From positions 124,001 through 188,000 of the forward strand of contig JAYWIR010000007.1 of the NCBI GenBank assembly GCA_036172245.1: a stretch of 64,000 nucleotides of DNA, written 5' to 3'. The translations under genes were made by a program, and so were the position numbers. Positions 23,801 to 36,400 of this stretch are shown piece after piece. How positions within the stretch are numbered: position 1 is the stretch's first letter; each line of letters starts with the position of its first letter. The notes under the pieces were generated by a model that worked only from the letters and a program-made list of their open reading frames with translations, was not told where the DNA came from and did no database searches. The stretch comes from Raillietiella orientalis. Taxonomy: Eukaryota.

Positions 23801-26800
23801 GGGAGGTTCCGGCGAGAGGCGCGTCACAGCAACAGGACTCCTTTGACCTTGAGAGTTCCCTCAGCTTCTCCCTCCAGGAGCTGGCGGGTCGCATCACGGG
23901 AGCCGCGAGGACGGCCGCGCGTCTGCACGCAGAGGACCTCGCCACGCTGGAAGGGCGCAGGCGCGCGGCGGTCCGCGATGACCTCCGATCCGTCACGGGC
24001 AGGTGCGTATTCCGGGACGGCCTTTCGCGGGTGGCGGGGTGACCGTCAGGCCGACCGCAGGCTCCGCAGCCTCCTGGGAGCTCAGGGAACTCCCACGGCC
24101 TCCCGCGACGCGCAGGTGGCGGAGGCCCGGACGGCTCTGTTTCGGGGAGAGCTCGCCCTTCTGGACCGGATCCAGGTAGGTGGGTCGCGCGCCAGGGAGC
24201 GATAGCGGTCACCTCGTTCACGCAACGGGAGGTGGAGTGGGGCGGGGAAGGGGAAGATGGAGCAACGGGGCGCTCCGTCCTAGGAGGAGCGCAGATTGGC
24301 AGAGAGTCGGCAAACAGCCACCGGAGGGACTCGGGAACGAACGCTTCCTCGCAAGCGCTCCCGACGCCCGAAAAAGCTCCGGGGAGGCCTGCTTTCAGGG
24401 AAAAAGCCGGAAGAGAAAAGAGGGAGGGCAGAGGCCGATGCGGGGATGTTCGAGAACGCTTTCCCGGCATTGGTTCTTCGAGGATCCCTTCGTCCGTCGT
24501 GTTCGACTGGATCCGGGATTCCTCCCTCCATCCGCTATCCTGCAAGTCTTGAGACCCTGGGAAAGAGAAGGCTGGAGGGATCCTACAAACGAAACGGGAC
24601 GAACAAAAAGTCCCACTGACCATCCTCAGGTCAACGACGACGACGGGATCCCTGGTCACGGTGTCGGGCCGCGACGATACAGCTGCCGGGGGAGGACACG
24701 GGCTACTTGCGGAGACAGGCAGGGAGCCGGCTGCTTCCGCGGAGATTCCCGAAACTGCCCCTCCTCTCCACCTTTGTGAGAAAGGTGGACGAGGGTGGGT
24801 GGAGGTGGGACGCTTCCGCACGGCTGTCTGGCGCGCCGCTCGGAGTCCCCCTGCAGGGCACCACTCCACACGTCCCTCCAGGGGCTCTGCACTGTGAGGG
24901 AGGGACGACTGGGGCACTGCAGAACCTTGAGCATGCGAGAGAGGCTTTGCAGTCCGACTGGATCCCGGTGAAGGGGTCCTCCCGTTCGAGACTTCGGGAA
25001 GACCGCGTTTCGGGCGCGAAGAGCGCCTTGAGCTACCTGGAGATGGATGAGGACGGGAGAATAGGTTGTCGTGCGGTCGCAGGATCGATTCCTTCTTTTC
25101 TTCCCTCCTACCAACCTCACTAACCTTTCCGGACTTCCTGCATCGTTCCAAGAGCACCCAGAAGGACGGGAAGAAGGTGGCTCCGTTTGCCGAGCCGGAG
25201 GCAGGTTGGTACCTCCATGCAGAGTCACAGGTAGCCCTCCTGCGAAACGGACTCTCTACATGGGGATCGTGCGTCGGTCCCATCGTCTGAGTGGCCGTCC
25301 CGCTTCCCGTGGAGGAAAGCGGTGCCATTCTTTCAACCCCATCTTCCGCCATCAGGGAGACGCCCGATCCACGCCGTGAACTTTGGTAGCCCAGTGGCCC
25401 GCAAGTCAAATCCGAGAGGAACGGCTCCTCAAAAGGAGGCTGCCAGAGATCCACTCCATGGGTCAACCTCTCCCCGCGATGTCCACGCTTTTAGCAAAGA
25501 TGTTGCCTGGGGACTCGGCCGACCTCCGCCTCTGACTCTTCGTTGTGGGCTCCTCGATCGGTTACTTAGACTCCGTGGAGCATCCCGCGGTCCTCCCTTC
25601 TCAAGCTTCTAGGGAGGGGATTGCGGGGAGAGCCGAAAGGAACGAGCCCTCATATTCCTTTCGCTTTTCTTCCCATACGTGCAAGGCGTCCATCCCACGG
25701 GACGCCGCCCGAGGTCGCACTCCGAGCTGTCCGCGGTTGCGCGGCGGAGTGACGGCGGGGTCGCAGCCGAAAAGCGGTCGGAAAAGTCTTTTCCGGGCAG
25801 AAAGAATCGATTCTAGCAGGGCGGGATGTAAAGCAACCCTTCCTCTCCGAGAAGATCGGGAAATGCGTCCAGTAGTGTCCGGCAGCTGCGCGGGCCTCGG
25901 CCACATCGATAGCGTGTGTGCTCTCAGGCGAGGTGCAGGGCATCAGCTGTGGGTGCCTCCAAGGTGGTCTCTATGCTCTCTCCTTGCGGGCCTCTTTGGT
26001 TTCTCCTGCTCTCTCAGCCGAACGCTTCTTTGTTTCCCTACCCCCCTACCCCATTCGCGTTTACGCGTATCACCCTCCCTTCCTACGAGTGGGCAAAGGT
26101 CATTCTGCCGTCCTCCAAGATAGAAAAGAGACGAGCGCTCTCGCAGCAGGGCGCGTCGCTGCTACCCTGAACGTCTCCTCGCCATGGTAACTCTTCTGCC
26201 ACAACGCCACCCCGAGGCTGCGCGGTGCGTCGCCTCCTGCAGCTACCACGATGCCATGAGATGTACTGCTGGAAGAAGGGAGGGGACCACGCTTCGCAGC
26301 CCGGGATGGACACTGAAAAAAGTGATCTCCTCCTCTTCCCATGGTCGGTCGAGCTCCGGACGAGGATCGCTACCTCGGGCTGGCCCTCGGATATGCAAGA
26401 AGCTTCCTTGGAATGGGACGGAATCGGGCAGGAGGAGCGGCCTGCGGGCTAGCAGCGCGGGGAATGCGTGGTGCGATGGGGGAAAGGAGGGTCTCGGGGA
26501 GGGAGCTTGCGCCTTTTAGAGACCTCCCTGGTCTGTGTGCAGACAGGAAAGAGCGGCGATCGCTTGTGTACGAGACAGGTTCCCGTGCATCGCGCGAAAA
26601 GGCACTTCCTCCGCTTTGCTCCTTCCCTCCGGTTCCGTTGCAGAGTCTGCATCGCTCATTCGCCCGGAATCTGAAGAGCACCCTGCGAAAGCTCCAGGAA
26701 ACCGTCGAAGCCGAAGTGGAGGCGGCTGGGGATGTCGCCCGGAAGAGCTACAAAAGCACCTGCGATCGGGTCGCAGCCGCTCCTTTCGATCAAGGCGGGA

Positions 26801-27164
26801 CGGGGTCGGCTACGGTCGGGCCAGCTCCGGGGGGTGGGCACCAAGTTCCTACCCATCCCCACGAGGCTCACGACGATGACGACGGAAAGTCTGGAAGGCA
26901 TCTGGCGGACGACATCGTTGCCTCCCTCGGAGCGTTCTGCGAGGATCTGAAGCGAAAGGTTGTCCGGTTCGAGGACGAGCAGCTACGCACCCTCGAATGG
27001 TGGGCTGTCCGCGTACGCACACTCAGCCACAGAGCGCTCCTCGTTGCACCCTCCTCTCTTTCCTCAGGGAGGAGTTCTGCAGAAGCCGGACAAAACTTAA
27101 GGCCGTCATCAAAGCTTTGGACGCCATGAAAACAAACGCCGGAGGAACAACTGTGGAGCAGTGA
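20892..27164 (+). CDS. DRC3: Dynein regulatory complex subunit 3-like (LRRC48), multi-exon, divergent; 5' end unresolved
   Basis: Exons: 20892-21175 (SDS22-type LRRs, LRELDLCFNNIRRIE..LENLTSLRELNLSSNRIRKIE); 21704-21876 (LRRcap GNP..YRKFVIARLPGAEYLDY); 23154-23411; ~23865-24002; 24050-24175 (LFRGELALLDRIQ); 26644-26999 (DIVASLGAFCEDLKRKVVRFEDEQLRTLEW); 27068-27164 (EEFCRSRTKLKAVIKALDAMK, TGA). Order and motifs parallel DRC3 as I recall it; boundaries are GT/AG. Confidence 0.75.
23412..23864 (+). other. Candidate U12-type (minor spliceosome) GT-AG intron
   Basis: 5' site GTATCCTTT at 23412-23420. Branch-like TCCTTTGAC/CCTTGAG at 23839-23853. Phase-compatible AG at 23864 (or 23855). Confidence 0.65.
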
Positions 27165-28399
27165 CGTCATCCCGCACCGCTTTCGCTCCTGGGAAGGCGT
27201 CCCGCGATCGCCGGACGACCCTGTCCACTCCTGCATCCTGTTACGGCGGGGACGAGAGCAGCCGGACCGCCGGAGGCGTCAGCACCGCAAGAACATCCAA
27301 GCGTTGTACTGCCCACCGTCCTTTACCGCCAGAAGGAGATACCTGGGTGTGCAGAAAAAAAGCCATCTCTTAGTCCGGACCCCCGTCTACTTTATCCCTA
27401 TTTCCTCCCCTCCGTCTTCCTTCTCCCCAGAGCCCCAGCAGCTTCTCGCTCCCTGACCACGAGCTCCGCGAGTCTGGCTACGGGCGGAGGGCACCTCCCA
27501 CTTCGCTTGTCCGAACAAGAAGTGCAGCCGTCTTCGCGGTTGCCGTTTCTGATTTCGGGGCTGCAGGGGTTTTCGACCCTCTGCACAGTGGGCTGAGCAG
27601 CTCCCGCTCAGCGCCCGAGGAGAGATGGGTGGCATATGGCTCAAAATCGTGAACGTCTAAATCCCCAACGATCAAAATCCCGAAGGATCATGGAAAACAA
27701 TACACGTGCTGATTGCATATGTCTATACATCGAATAATCAAAAAAATCATTTTAGCAAACACGCTTTTTACTATTCACCAACGTGTATAATGCATATCAT
27801 TAGTCATCACAATTGTCATTAATTATTACATATCATGAATTATGGATATCATTCATTTGCACACTATTTTCAATATTGTACATATTTTAGCATTGTATTG
27901 ATGAAGAATAAATACATATTCAATAAATCTGCATTCAGAACAGATATATTGTAGAATAAGCAAAGAGTAAAATGAAAGGCAAACTAAATATATATTATGT
28001 TTATATGTCAATATTTATGTATTCGTTTCATACGCATTGATTATATATATAAATACACATTGATGTGCATTTATTTTGTATTATCTTTCAGATTTTGATC
28101 GACACCGGATGGGTGGACTCTGAGCACGATGAGCAAAGCATGGGGGAAGAAGGGAGGAGATGGCAAATCTACGTAGGTGGCATCTGCTTTGGGGGTGCCC
28201 TCCGGCATAGTTGCGGTTGCCCTTCCCGTTGCTGTTGCGCAAAGATGGCATTCCGAGGTATCTTCAGGTGCCCTTCTTTGCCCATGTCGTGCGAAGAAGG
28301 CTGCGTCGCAGATGCTGCGTCGGGGCGGCCGTGTGGCCACGGTCTTCGCGCGTGGGGACCGTGGCCAAACCACCCGCCGAAGACATCCGCAACCTGGGG

Positions 28400-28760
28400 A
28401 GGAACATCTTCGAGAAAGCGGGGAGTGCGTCGTGGGTTTCGAGTTCCGTTCGCAAGGTGATGCTCATGGGTCCATTCGGGTGCGGCACTGATGGAAGCCG
28501 CTGGAAATCCAAGCATGTCCCCGTTGACTGGCCTGGAGTGGAAGTTGACTCTCCAGGGTCCTTCCAGAATATCAAGCAGCCCTTCAGAGTTCACCTTCGG
28601 TTGTGCAAGCGGAACCGTCCCTCTCCCTCATAGGTACGACCCTCCATTTCATGCCATGGAGCCGGTTGATACCTCTCCAGGGTATGAAGTGGTGCGCTGC
28701 TCCCGTCGGGGAGCGACCTTACAGAAGAATTTGGAAGTCGGAGGGTTGCTCTCCGATCGG
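28400..28760 (+). repeat. Rep-A copy
   Basis: GTGCGGCACTG, GGTCCTTCCAG, CGGTTGTGCAA, CCATGGA, CTCCC..GGGGAGCGACCTT shared with 15960-16210. Confidence 0.75.
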
Positions 28761-28833
28761 GAACTCTCACGTGCCTTCGAGGCGATCTTGCGCCGAACCA
28801 CCGCGCAAAATATATTGAGAAGCAGCACGTGCA

Positions 28834-30450
28834 GTGTTTTGCTTTCACTATTTACTGCGAATGAGCCGGCCACGTCAAAGTCCACTTACGCCCAAGAAAG
28901 CGGGCAAACCAGGTCCCTATAAGGAGGGAGCTATGGTGGGACCATCATCGGAGGCGCCGCAACCGCCGTCTTATGTGGTTGTGGCAGCTGCAGCCCCCAG
29001 TGCGGGGAAAACTGCGGAAGCTAAAACAGTGGTTTCTGAAATAGATAAGGAAAACGAACTGGTACGGAAGGCTGACCCCGAAGTGAAGCAGGTCACCTTC
29101 AAAACCGGGATGCTACATCTCGCCAATGTGCGATATGCTTATGCTGCCTTCCACAAACAAAATGTGGATTTTCAGAAAGTCAAGGCAATCGTCTCCTCAG
29201 AAACAGGGTGGTTCACGCTGTCCACCACGGACCAGGAGGAGCTGCAGGAGCTTTTGATCGAGCAAGCGATCATTTTAAATGGCACCAAATTGCGGGGTCT
29301 CCGGAAGCCGCCCACTACGGCGGTCCATCCCTCCGGGATACACTGCTTTACGGCCAAAAGAACTGTATGGGAGTTTCTCTCCCAATATGGATACGTCCAA
29401 GAGGCTGCTTTCCGCAACCATGTGGAGAAGATCTTCGTAGAAGAAGCAAGAGTGGGAATAAAGTTGTTCATTGACACATAAATTCCAGCCATCACAGCTA
29501 TCGACGAACGTTCGCAAGACATAAAGGTACGGAACCGATTACAACTTACCTTTTGTACAGGATTCAGGGAAATAGGCCTTCGCAATGCTACCATTGCAAA
29601 ATGGAGGGTCACCTTAAGAAGGACTGTGAGAGATACTTCGACAGGCGGGCTGCCAGAGGGCTGACTCGTTTACCGGAGGCGGAAGAGAAAAGGAAGGTTC
29701 CAGGACAGCAGAGGGAGGGTCCATACAGGGCAACCGAAGCGCTACCTACAAAAAAGAACATCCAAGAAAAGAAGCCACAACAAAAAAAGCAGCAGCGGTA
29801 GTCGAAATCTCTATTCGAACTGTAGAGAGGGAACAAGAGGTTCTTGCTACCCAAAACGAAAGGCAGAAGGCCGCAAAGTATTTGCAGGAAGTGGTAATAC
29901 TCGCGGAGAAGGTTCATCCTGACAACACGGGAGTGGAACGTGCGAACCGTGCCAACTCATGCTGGTCTGCAGCATGAAATTCTACACTTTTTAGTAAATG
30001 AGAATTAAAGAAATCAAATGGTGGGAACAATCAATAAGATCATGGCGAAATATTGGCAGGAAGCAATGCTACTGGAAAAAGAGAATGACCACAGCAGCAC
30101 ACCAAAGTCAGGAAAGCGAATGCTTGGAGGGACGTACAAGTGAGTCAGAGAAAAAGGTGAACAAGGACGCCAATCCGAGGAAAAAATAGCCAACCCCCCG
30201 AGATAGAAAAAGAAACGTGTAAAATTCCCTTGAGAGTAATGCTTTCCTTCCTGTCATCGGCCAGGAGTCTACAGGTTCATATCAACGTCATGTAGAGCCA
30301 ACATAAGAGAAGGATCACGAGGATAATCGCGCGTGACGACATCGTTTGCTTACAAGAAACTCATGAAAGGGGACAAAACATCAGCCTGGAACTGGAATGG
30401 CAATCAAACGCCAGAATCTGTGATGAGGCCTCTGGAACAGAATGAATGGA
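28834..30450 (+). mobile_element. Family A LINE remnant: ORF1 plus APE start
   Basis: NVDFQKVKAIVSSETG..ELLIEQ..VWEFLSQYG aligns to ORF1 at ~54640-54900; CYHCKMEGHLKKDC knuckle; DDIVCLQETHERGQNISLELE matches QDIICLQETHQMGQQITLELE. Confidence 0.8.
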
Positions 30451-33400
30451 CAATGCTCCTTCGAAGGCATCCCGCAGTATCCAGGAAAGGAAATCACCAA
30501 GTAGCAGCCAACAGGGATGATGGGTCATCACTCGGAAGATGCAAAATGCGAAGCCCCCAGGGGGCTTGAGCGAGTTGCTTGAGGAGCTCCCAAAGCGAGG
30601 TGCAGAACAACCGCCGCGCAGTCGTTTCTATCGCCCTGGACAACGGAGGACGCAACCTGCAGCCGGGCTCGAGAACCCTGCGCTCCAAGACTCCGCCTTA
30701 GAGACCGCAAGCACGCCCGCTCACTTATACGGAAACCGAACATCCAGCGTCCTTGACAGGCGACGCTCCTGAACGGGGGCGCCAACGACGAGACGCCTGC
30801 CCCCACGCCGCAGCACCGACAGCCGCGGCGCCGACGGCGACATTGCGGCTGCTGGGAAGATTTCCGGATTCCTGCGGAAGAGCAGAAGATCCTGCGCGCT
30901 CACCTGAGATCTGTTCGCCGGATGAGTGCGGATGGGGGCTGCAGGCCACCCCTTCTTTCCGCCGGGAACTTTCCGCAACGCGAGTGTTCGTAGCGACCGA
31001 CCGGTGGCGTGGCTGCCCGCCCGGCGCCGTTGCTAGGCAGGGAAGAACGAGGCGAACCGTGATCGCCCGCAACTTCCGGAGGAATGAAGGGAGACCTCCT
31101 TTGAACGCAGTCAAATTTCAGGCGGATTTTCTCAGCGCAGCCATCGCGACACCAGAAGCGGTGCTGCCGAGAGCAATCCACCCTTCCCGGCGGTCACCTC
31201 AGAGAGGGTCAATGTCACCATCTGCACACCTCCGTCGGCTAAACTACTTCGGGTCAGTTTCATCCCATTTTGAAGCTCGAGGTGCAATACTCCGGATGCT
31301 CATGTCACCACTTCGGTGGGAGGAAGAGGTTGCTGAAAGAGTCGGAGGCGAACTGACCAAAGAGGGAGCAGCAAGCACGAAGAGAGATTCGTTGCTGCTC
31401 CCGTCCTCCCACAGGGACGCCACAGCTCGCGATGCCCCACCGGGAGCAGAGACGGAAAGGTGGCTCTCCTTCCTTCCGCGCCCAGTACAGCAGGCCTCTT
31501 CCCCAACGGTTTCTCAGCTGTCTTCCCTCTGGAAAGACATCTCGAACTTTCGTGAGAGAAGAACCCATTCAGATGGGCTGCTTAGCAAGCGCACCTCACG
31601 GATCGCACGCTGCCCACGCTGGCGCCGTGACCCCAGAGCGAGGGAACCGCGGTGGGAGGTGAAACCAATGCCGCAGGCATTACAAAAAAAAAAGGAACGA
31701 CCGTGTGATCCGGAAAACGAAAAGAAAGGCAACAGCGAGAGGAAGAACCACCATTGTCCGCGACCAGACCCTTCGACCGCATCTGTCCCGAAAAAGCAGA
31801 TGGGAGAAGAGCGCTCGCCACTGTCGCTGCGCTTGCAAGCCACCCCACGCGTGGTCGACGCCGGAGGCGCTCTGCAATCTCTGCGAGACTCCAGCAAGCT
31901 AAGGCATTCCGCGGATGCCGCATCCTCCTGCATTAAACATGAGCTGCGAACCCTCCCTCGGCTTCCCACCGTGGTCCCCGCCATGACGACGCAACGAAAG
32001 AGCCTAGAATTCCAAAGGCGGGTGGCACACGGCCCTCAGGCTGCCCAAACAACGGCTTCGCCACATGCATGAGTAGCGGCTTCAATCCTCGCAGCCGGAA
32101 GCGGGAAGATGACGACCTCCGCCGCCTCGCCGCCTCATTTCCTTGTCCACGGGTCGGAGCCGTGGCGGAGTCGAATCGACTGGCCACGGCAGGATGGACC
32201 AGCGGGCCACGACACGTGCTAGCTTCTCCTGAGAGGACAGGTAACAAAGCTCTGCCCTACGACGATAGGTAAAAAAAGTCCCCCGGAAAGAGGACAAGTA
32301 AACAAGACACTCCGAGCTAGCTGCCCTCGCCTCGAAAATGAGTTCGCCCAAGAAGCTCAACCACGAAACAGTGGACATGGCCGCAAGCGTAGGGGGACTG
32401 CGGATGAGCTCACGCTGCTAAGCAGCGTGTATCGTCGGTCGGCAGGGATGTCTCCTGGCGAAGACTTCCGCTGCGCCACTACCCGAAGCCACACGTCTTT
32501 GCCGGTGACTTTTCCAAGATCTCCGAGGGCCTTCCCTCGACGCCGCCTATAAGGTTGCAGGAAGAACTCAGATCGCTGGATGTGCAAAAGCCAGGCGTTC
32601 GCACACACTCTGAGCGAGACCGAACCAATAGCAGCGGAGGTTCGAAGCATCCAGCCCGCGGAGGTTAAGGAAAAGCAAACAAAGAAACGGTCCACGCACC
32701 TCAGATACCATTTTGAGGGCTGATTCCACCTCAGGGAAGCCTCAGAAGGTGCAGTTCTTTACGACCACCCAATACAGCTCACCGTGACGTCCGCTGAACG
32801 AAAGACACCCTGGCTTGGGACATGTACTCGAACGCCTCATCGCTTTGCCGAAAAGACACTGAGCATGCGACTCCCCTTAGTTTCCATGCCATCGGAGGAA
32901 CAGCCAAGAATCACTCGGAAGCACTCGGTCGCCTCAGCTTCTGGCCTCCATCAACAGTTAGCCACACGGCTCACGTCCATCGTCGCTATGAATCGCTACA
33001 GGGGAGGACTGCAGTAGGTTGAAGGCGCACGGAAGGCGCAGCATTCGCGGGACACCAAAGACGTCCGAGGATAGCAACTCCCGTGCCACCTGCGAAGAGA
33101 AAGACAGCTCTTCTGCTTCGGTTCCATGTGGTTCCATGGCTACAGACATGTTGAAAAAACAAATCGATGAAAAGTACGTTGGAGCAGGTGATGGAGAAGG
33201 AGGTACATTTGTCTGCATGGATGCACGAGGCGTTCCCAAGAACTCCAAGGAAACACTGACACCGTCGGCTGCGATTGATACGATAAATGCTGTACAGAAG
33301 AGTGGTTCTCTCCCTGACATTCAAGTGACAGCCACAAACAGCACTCCAAGGAGCCGTTACAGAGCTACAAGGATAGCTCACTCATACATTGCACATCGGA

Positions 33401-36400
33401 CAGAAGTACAAAGAAGATGGTCGGCATGAAAATGAAAAATTCTGGACTGAAATTCCGAGCATGAGATGCCGTCAGTTGTCCTTGCAACGGCTGACGATGC
33501 TGCAGAAACGGAATCTTCAATGTCCGGTCAAAGTGTTGTCCTGGTTGATACGGAAGAGCTCGTGGTAGTCAGTGTGGTCACGTCTTTTAGACAGGATCAA
33601 AAACGGACGCAAAGCAAATCGGGAAAAGCAGAACGTCAGCAAAGCCGAAGATCAATCAACAAGCAAGTAGACGCAGTCATCCAGAATAAGGCATACTTTC
33701 TCGGAGATTCCGGAAATGCTCAAAGTGGTGGAACAAGGGAAAGGCAATGAAACAAAAGTCCTCCAGGCGGGTTTACGAACAATCAGGAGGGACGAAGAGA
33801 GCGATTGGCACGCAATATAGAAGGCAAGAAATTCACAAAAGAAAAGGGAGGGGACTGACAGGATTACTTCTGTAAGGGGCGTGGCTCCTTCTCCTGAATC
33901 TTCTGCTGCCTCCTCGCGGATTACTGAAAGAAAGCGGGCATACCATGCTGCACTCCTCCAAAGGACGACTGATGCGCGGAGAACATCTCGTCGCTAAAGC
34001 ACTGAATATGGGGCGGCGGACACCTCGAAGATGGCGCGCTATGCAATTCGCCGTGGCGGCTGCCGCGCCATAGAGAAGCCCATGCGTGCAAAGTGGCGTA
34101 ACGTGCCCTCCGGGAACCCCACAAACAGCAATGACGCCAACCTCGGTCGCGATCCACCGAGGGCACGGCGGCCCGTCAGTAGGCTTGCGAGCGACTCGAT
34201 CGCCCTGCACCAGGAATGGATGCCCTTGCTTTGGAAAAGAGGTGCTGCAGTCGCCCTTCCATCGAAAACCACGGTGCATTAAGAGCTTCATCTGATGAGG
34301 GTGCACCGAAGCGTCCACACAAAAGACAGAGACCGCCGAGCAGTTCTCGGTACCCGCGGTTCCTTCCCTCACCACGCGCATTCACCTTCCCGGAGCTGCT
34401 CCTGCTCCTGACCACCGCAATACTTTACGAAAGAAGATATCCGAAAAGGATGTCGAGTAGGAGGAATCGTCCTCATCGTGAAAGCTACGAAGGAAATCCA
34501 TCTTCGCAGCCATCAACTCAAGGGATTTCCTATGGTGCTTCCATTCCATCAAGATCGGACGCGCCAGTGTCGATCAGCATATTCTTTCACAACTGCAAGA
34601 TGGCGGCTTCACCTGTTTAGATGCGCGTTGGAAGCACCACCCAGCAATTACGGCAAGGTTGCACGCGCGCATTCCTGAAAAGATGGGCCTCGTGTCCACC
34701 ATTCGAAGCGACTATCATAGGTCTCGGGGCAGTTGCACACGTCAACACAGCAGTCCTCGCTTTCAGCAACACTTTTGTCGTCCAACACGAACCAACTAAA
34801 TACTGCTGCCTCTTACTCTTCCGAAAAGGACACGGCGGTAGATCTGCACGGCGATGTAATGGCAGTCTTTGTGGTCACGGGAATGCTCGCCGGGAGCAGA
34901 TGACCGTCATTTCCGTTTCCGCCGACTTCGCCCCTCTCCACCCTCCGAGCACTCCCCTTAACGCCGCTGCGGTTCTTCGCACGTCGTTTTGCGCCTCCCT
35001 TGCGCGTTGCCTATTCGATCTTGCAGCTGCCTCCTAGGATGGACTCCGAGACGCCACACAGCGTACGTGGTTAGAAGTGGAAAACTGACGACAACGGAGA
35101 ACTTCGCACTTCCGCATTCGTTCTTGGAAAATCGCCAAGCCGTTTGGCTGCTTCCTGGACAGCATCCGCGTGCCGACAGTTTTACAAGCAGGAGAGGAAA
35201 AACGAGCACCCTTCGCAGGCATTCTTTATTTAGACACCATTTCGTTTCGAAAAGGACGCAGGACCAGCATCCCCCAGCTGGAACAATATCTCTTTTCGTT
35301 CTCGCCGATACGGAGGGAATTCCCGGAAGCGGCGATAGACGGAACCTTCAGCGTTCGTCGTCCAGTCGCTTCTTTCCAAGTAGCAGTTCCGACTTGACCT
35401 CTTCCAGAAGACCTCGCACCTTCCGTTCGAGTTCCGAGTCGCGGAAAGGATCGAGTTGCAGCATCTCCAAGCAACGTTTCAGATCAGCAACGTACGTCTT
35501 CAGCGTGGCTGGCTACAAGAGACCCAGTTAACAGCAGCCGCTCCTTCAAGACCGTTGGCAGTTGCCCAGCACACCGAGGCAGTGTTTTGGAATCGCAAAC
35601 GCGGCTCAAGGCGTTGTCAGCGACTCGCAGGATCCGGATCGACATTGTGGCATGGAATACCACGTCAGAGTGAGGTGCACCGCTTCAAGCGATCATCACG
35701 CAATGGCGAGTACACTCTGGAGATGGTGTCTTTGAGAAGAGTCCGTAGGAGGCACACGATGCCGCGAGGAACGCCTTTGGGCTGAGCGAACCCGCAGCTC
35801 GCGCCTACGCATTTCTGGGGAGCATCGGACGCCATCAACTCGCTGCTGCCCCCGTGCATCACTTTCCAGGCGTGTGCGTCACGCTTCGGACGACACAGCA
35901 CTGAACTGTTGATGTCCCCCGTCCATTTCAAATTCGCAAGAGGAGGAGCCTTTGCTTGCAACGGGACAGCAACGAAAGCCATTAAAAGAATGAGTGCAGA
36001 GGAAATGCAGGAAGGTTCTTTGCAGCCCTTCCCATTCATCATTCCATCGTCTGCTGCAGAGAATGACGCGCACGCGCATGCAAGGAGGGGAGGGAAATCA
36101 AAATGGAAGAATCTATACGAACCTTTGCCTTCGGATGGGTCCTGAACCGAAACTTCCGTGTCTTTTGGCTCCAGATTCTCCTTTCCAGTAAGATGACTTC
36201 GTATCGTAATTTGGGATAGAATTGCATGCATCCTACGAAAAGGAACCGTCAAGAAATCGCTCAATGACCTTCCGATTTCCCGTTGAAGACGGGTCAGTGC
36301 GACAAGCAGTCGCCAACAACCCCTTCCCTGCCGAACAGTCACTTCGACGTTGGTCTACTTTGGCACTCGGACGTACCGTCGCTGACGACGTCCCATACGG

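Noticed and set aside
23751..25466. 571-aa minus-strand ORF as a nested gene
   Set aside because: Low-complexity GC-driven composition, antisense to DRC3-like exons, no recognisable motif.
27690..28175. AT-rich block followed by an exon-like ILIDTGW.. segment
   Set aside because: Only 27 codons and no partner exons found, so it cannot be assigned.
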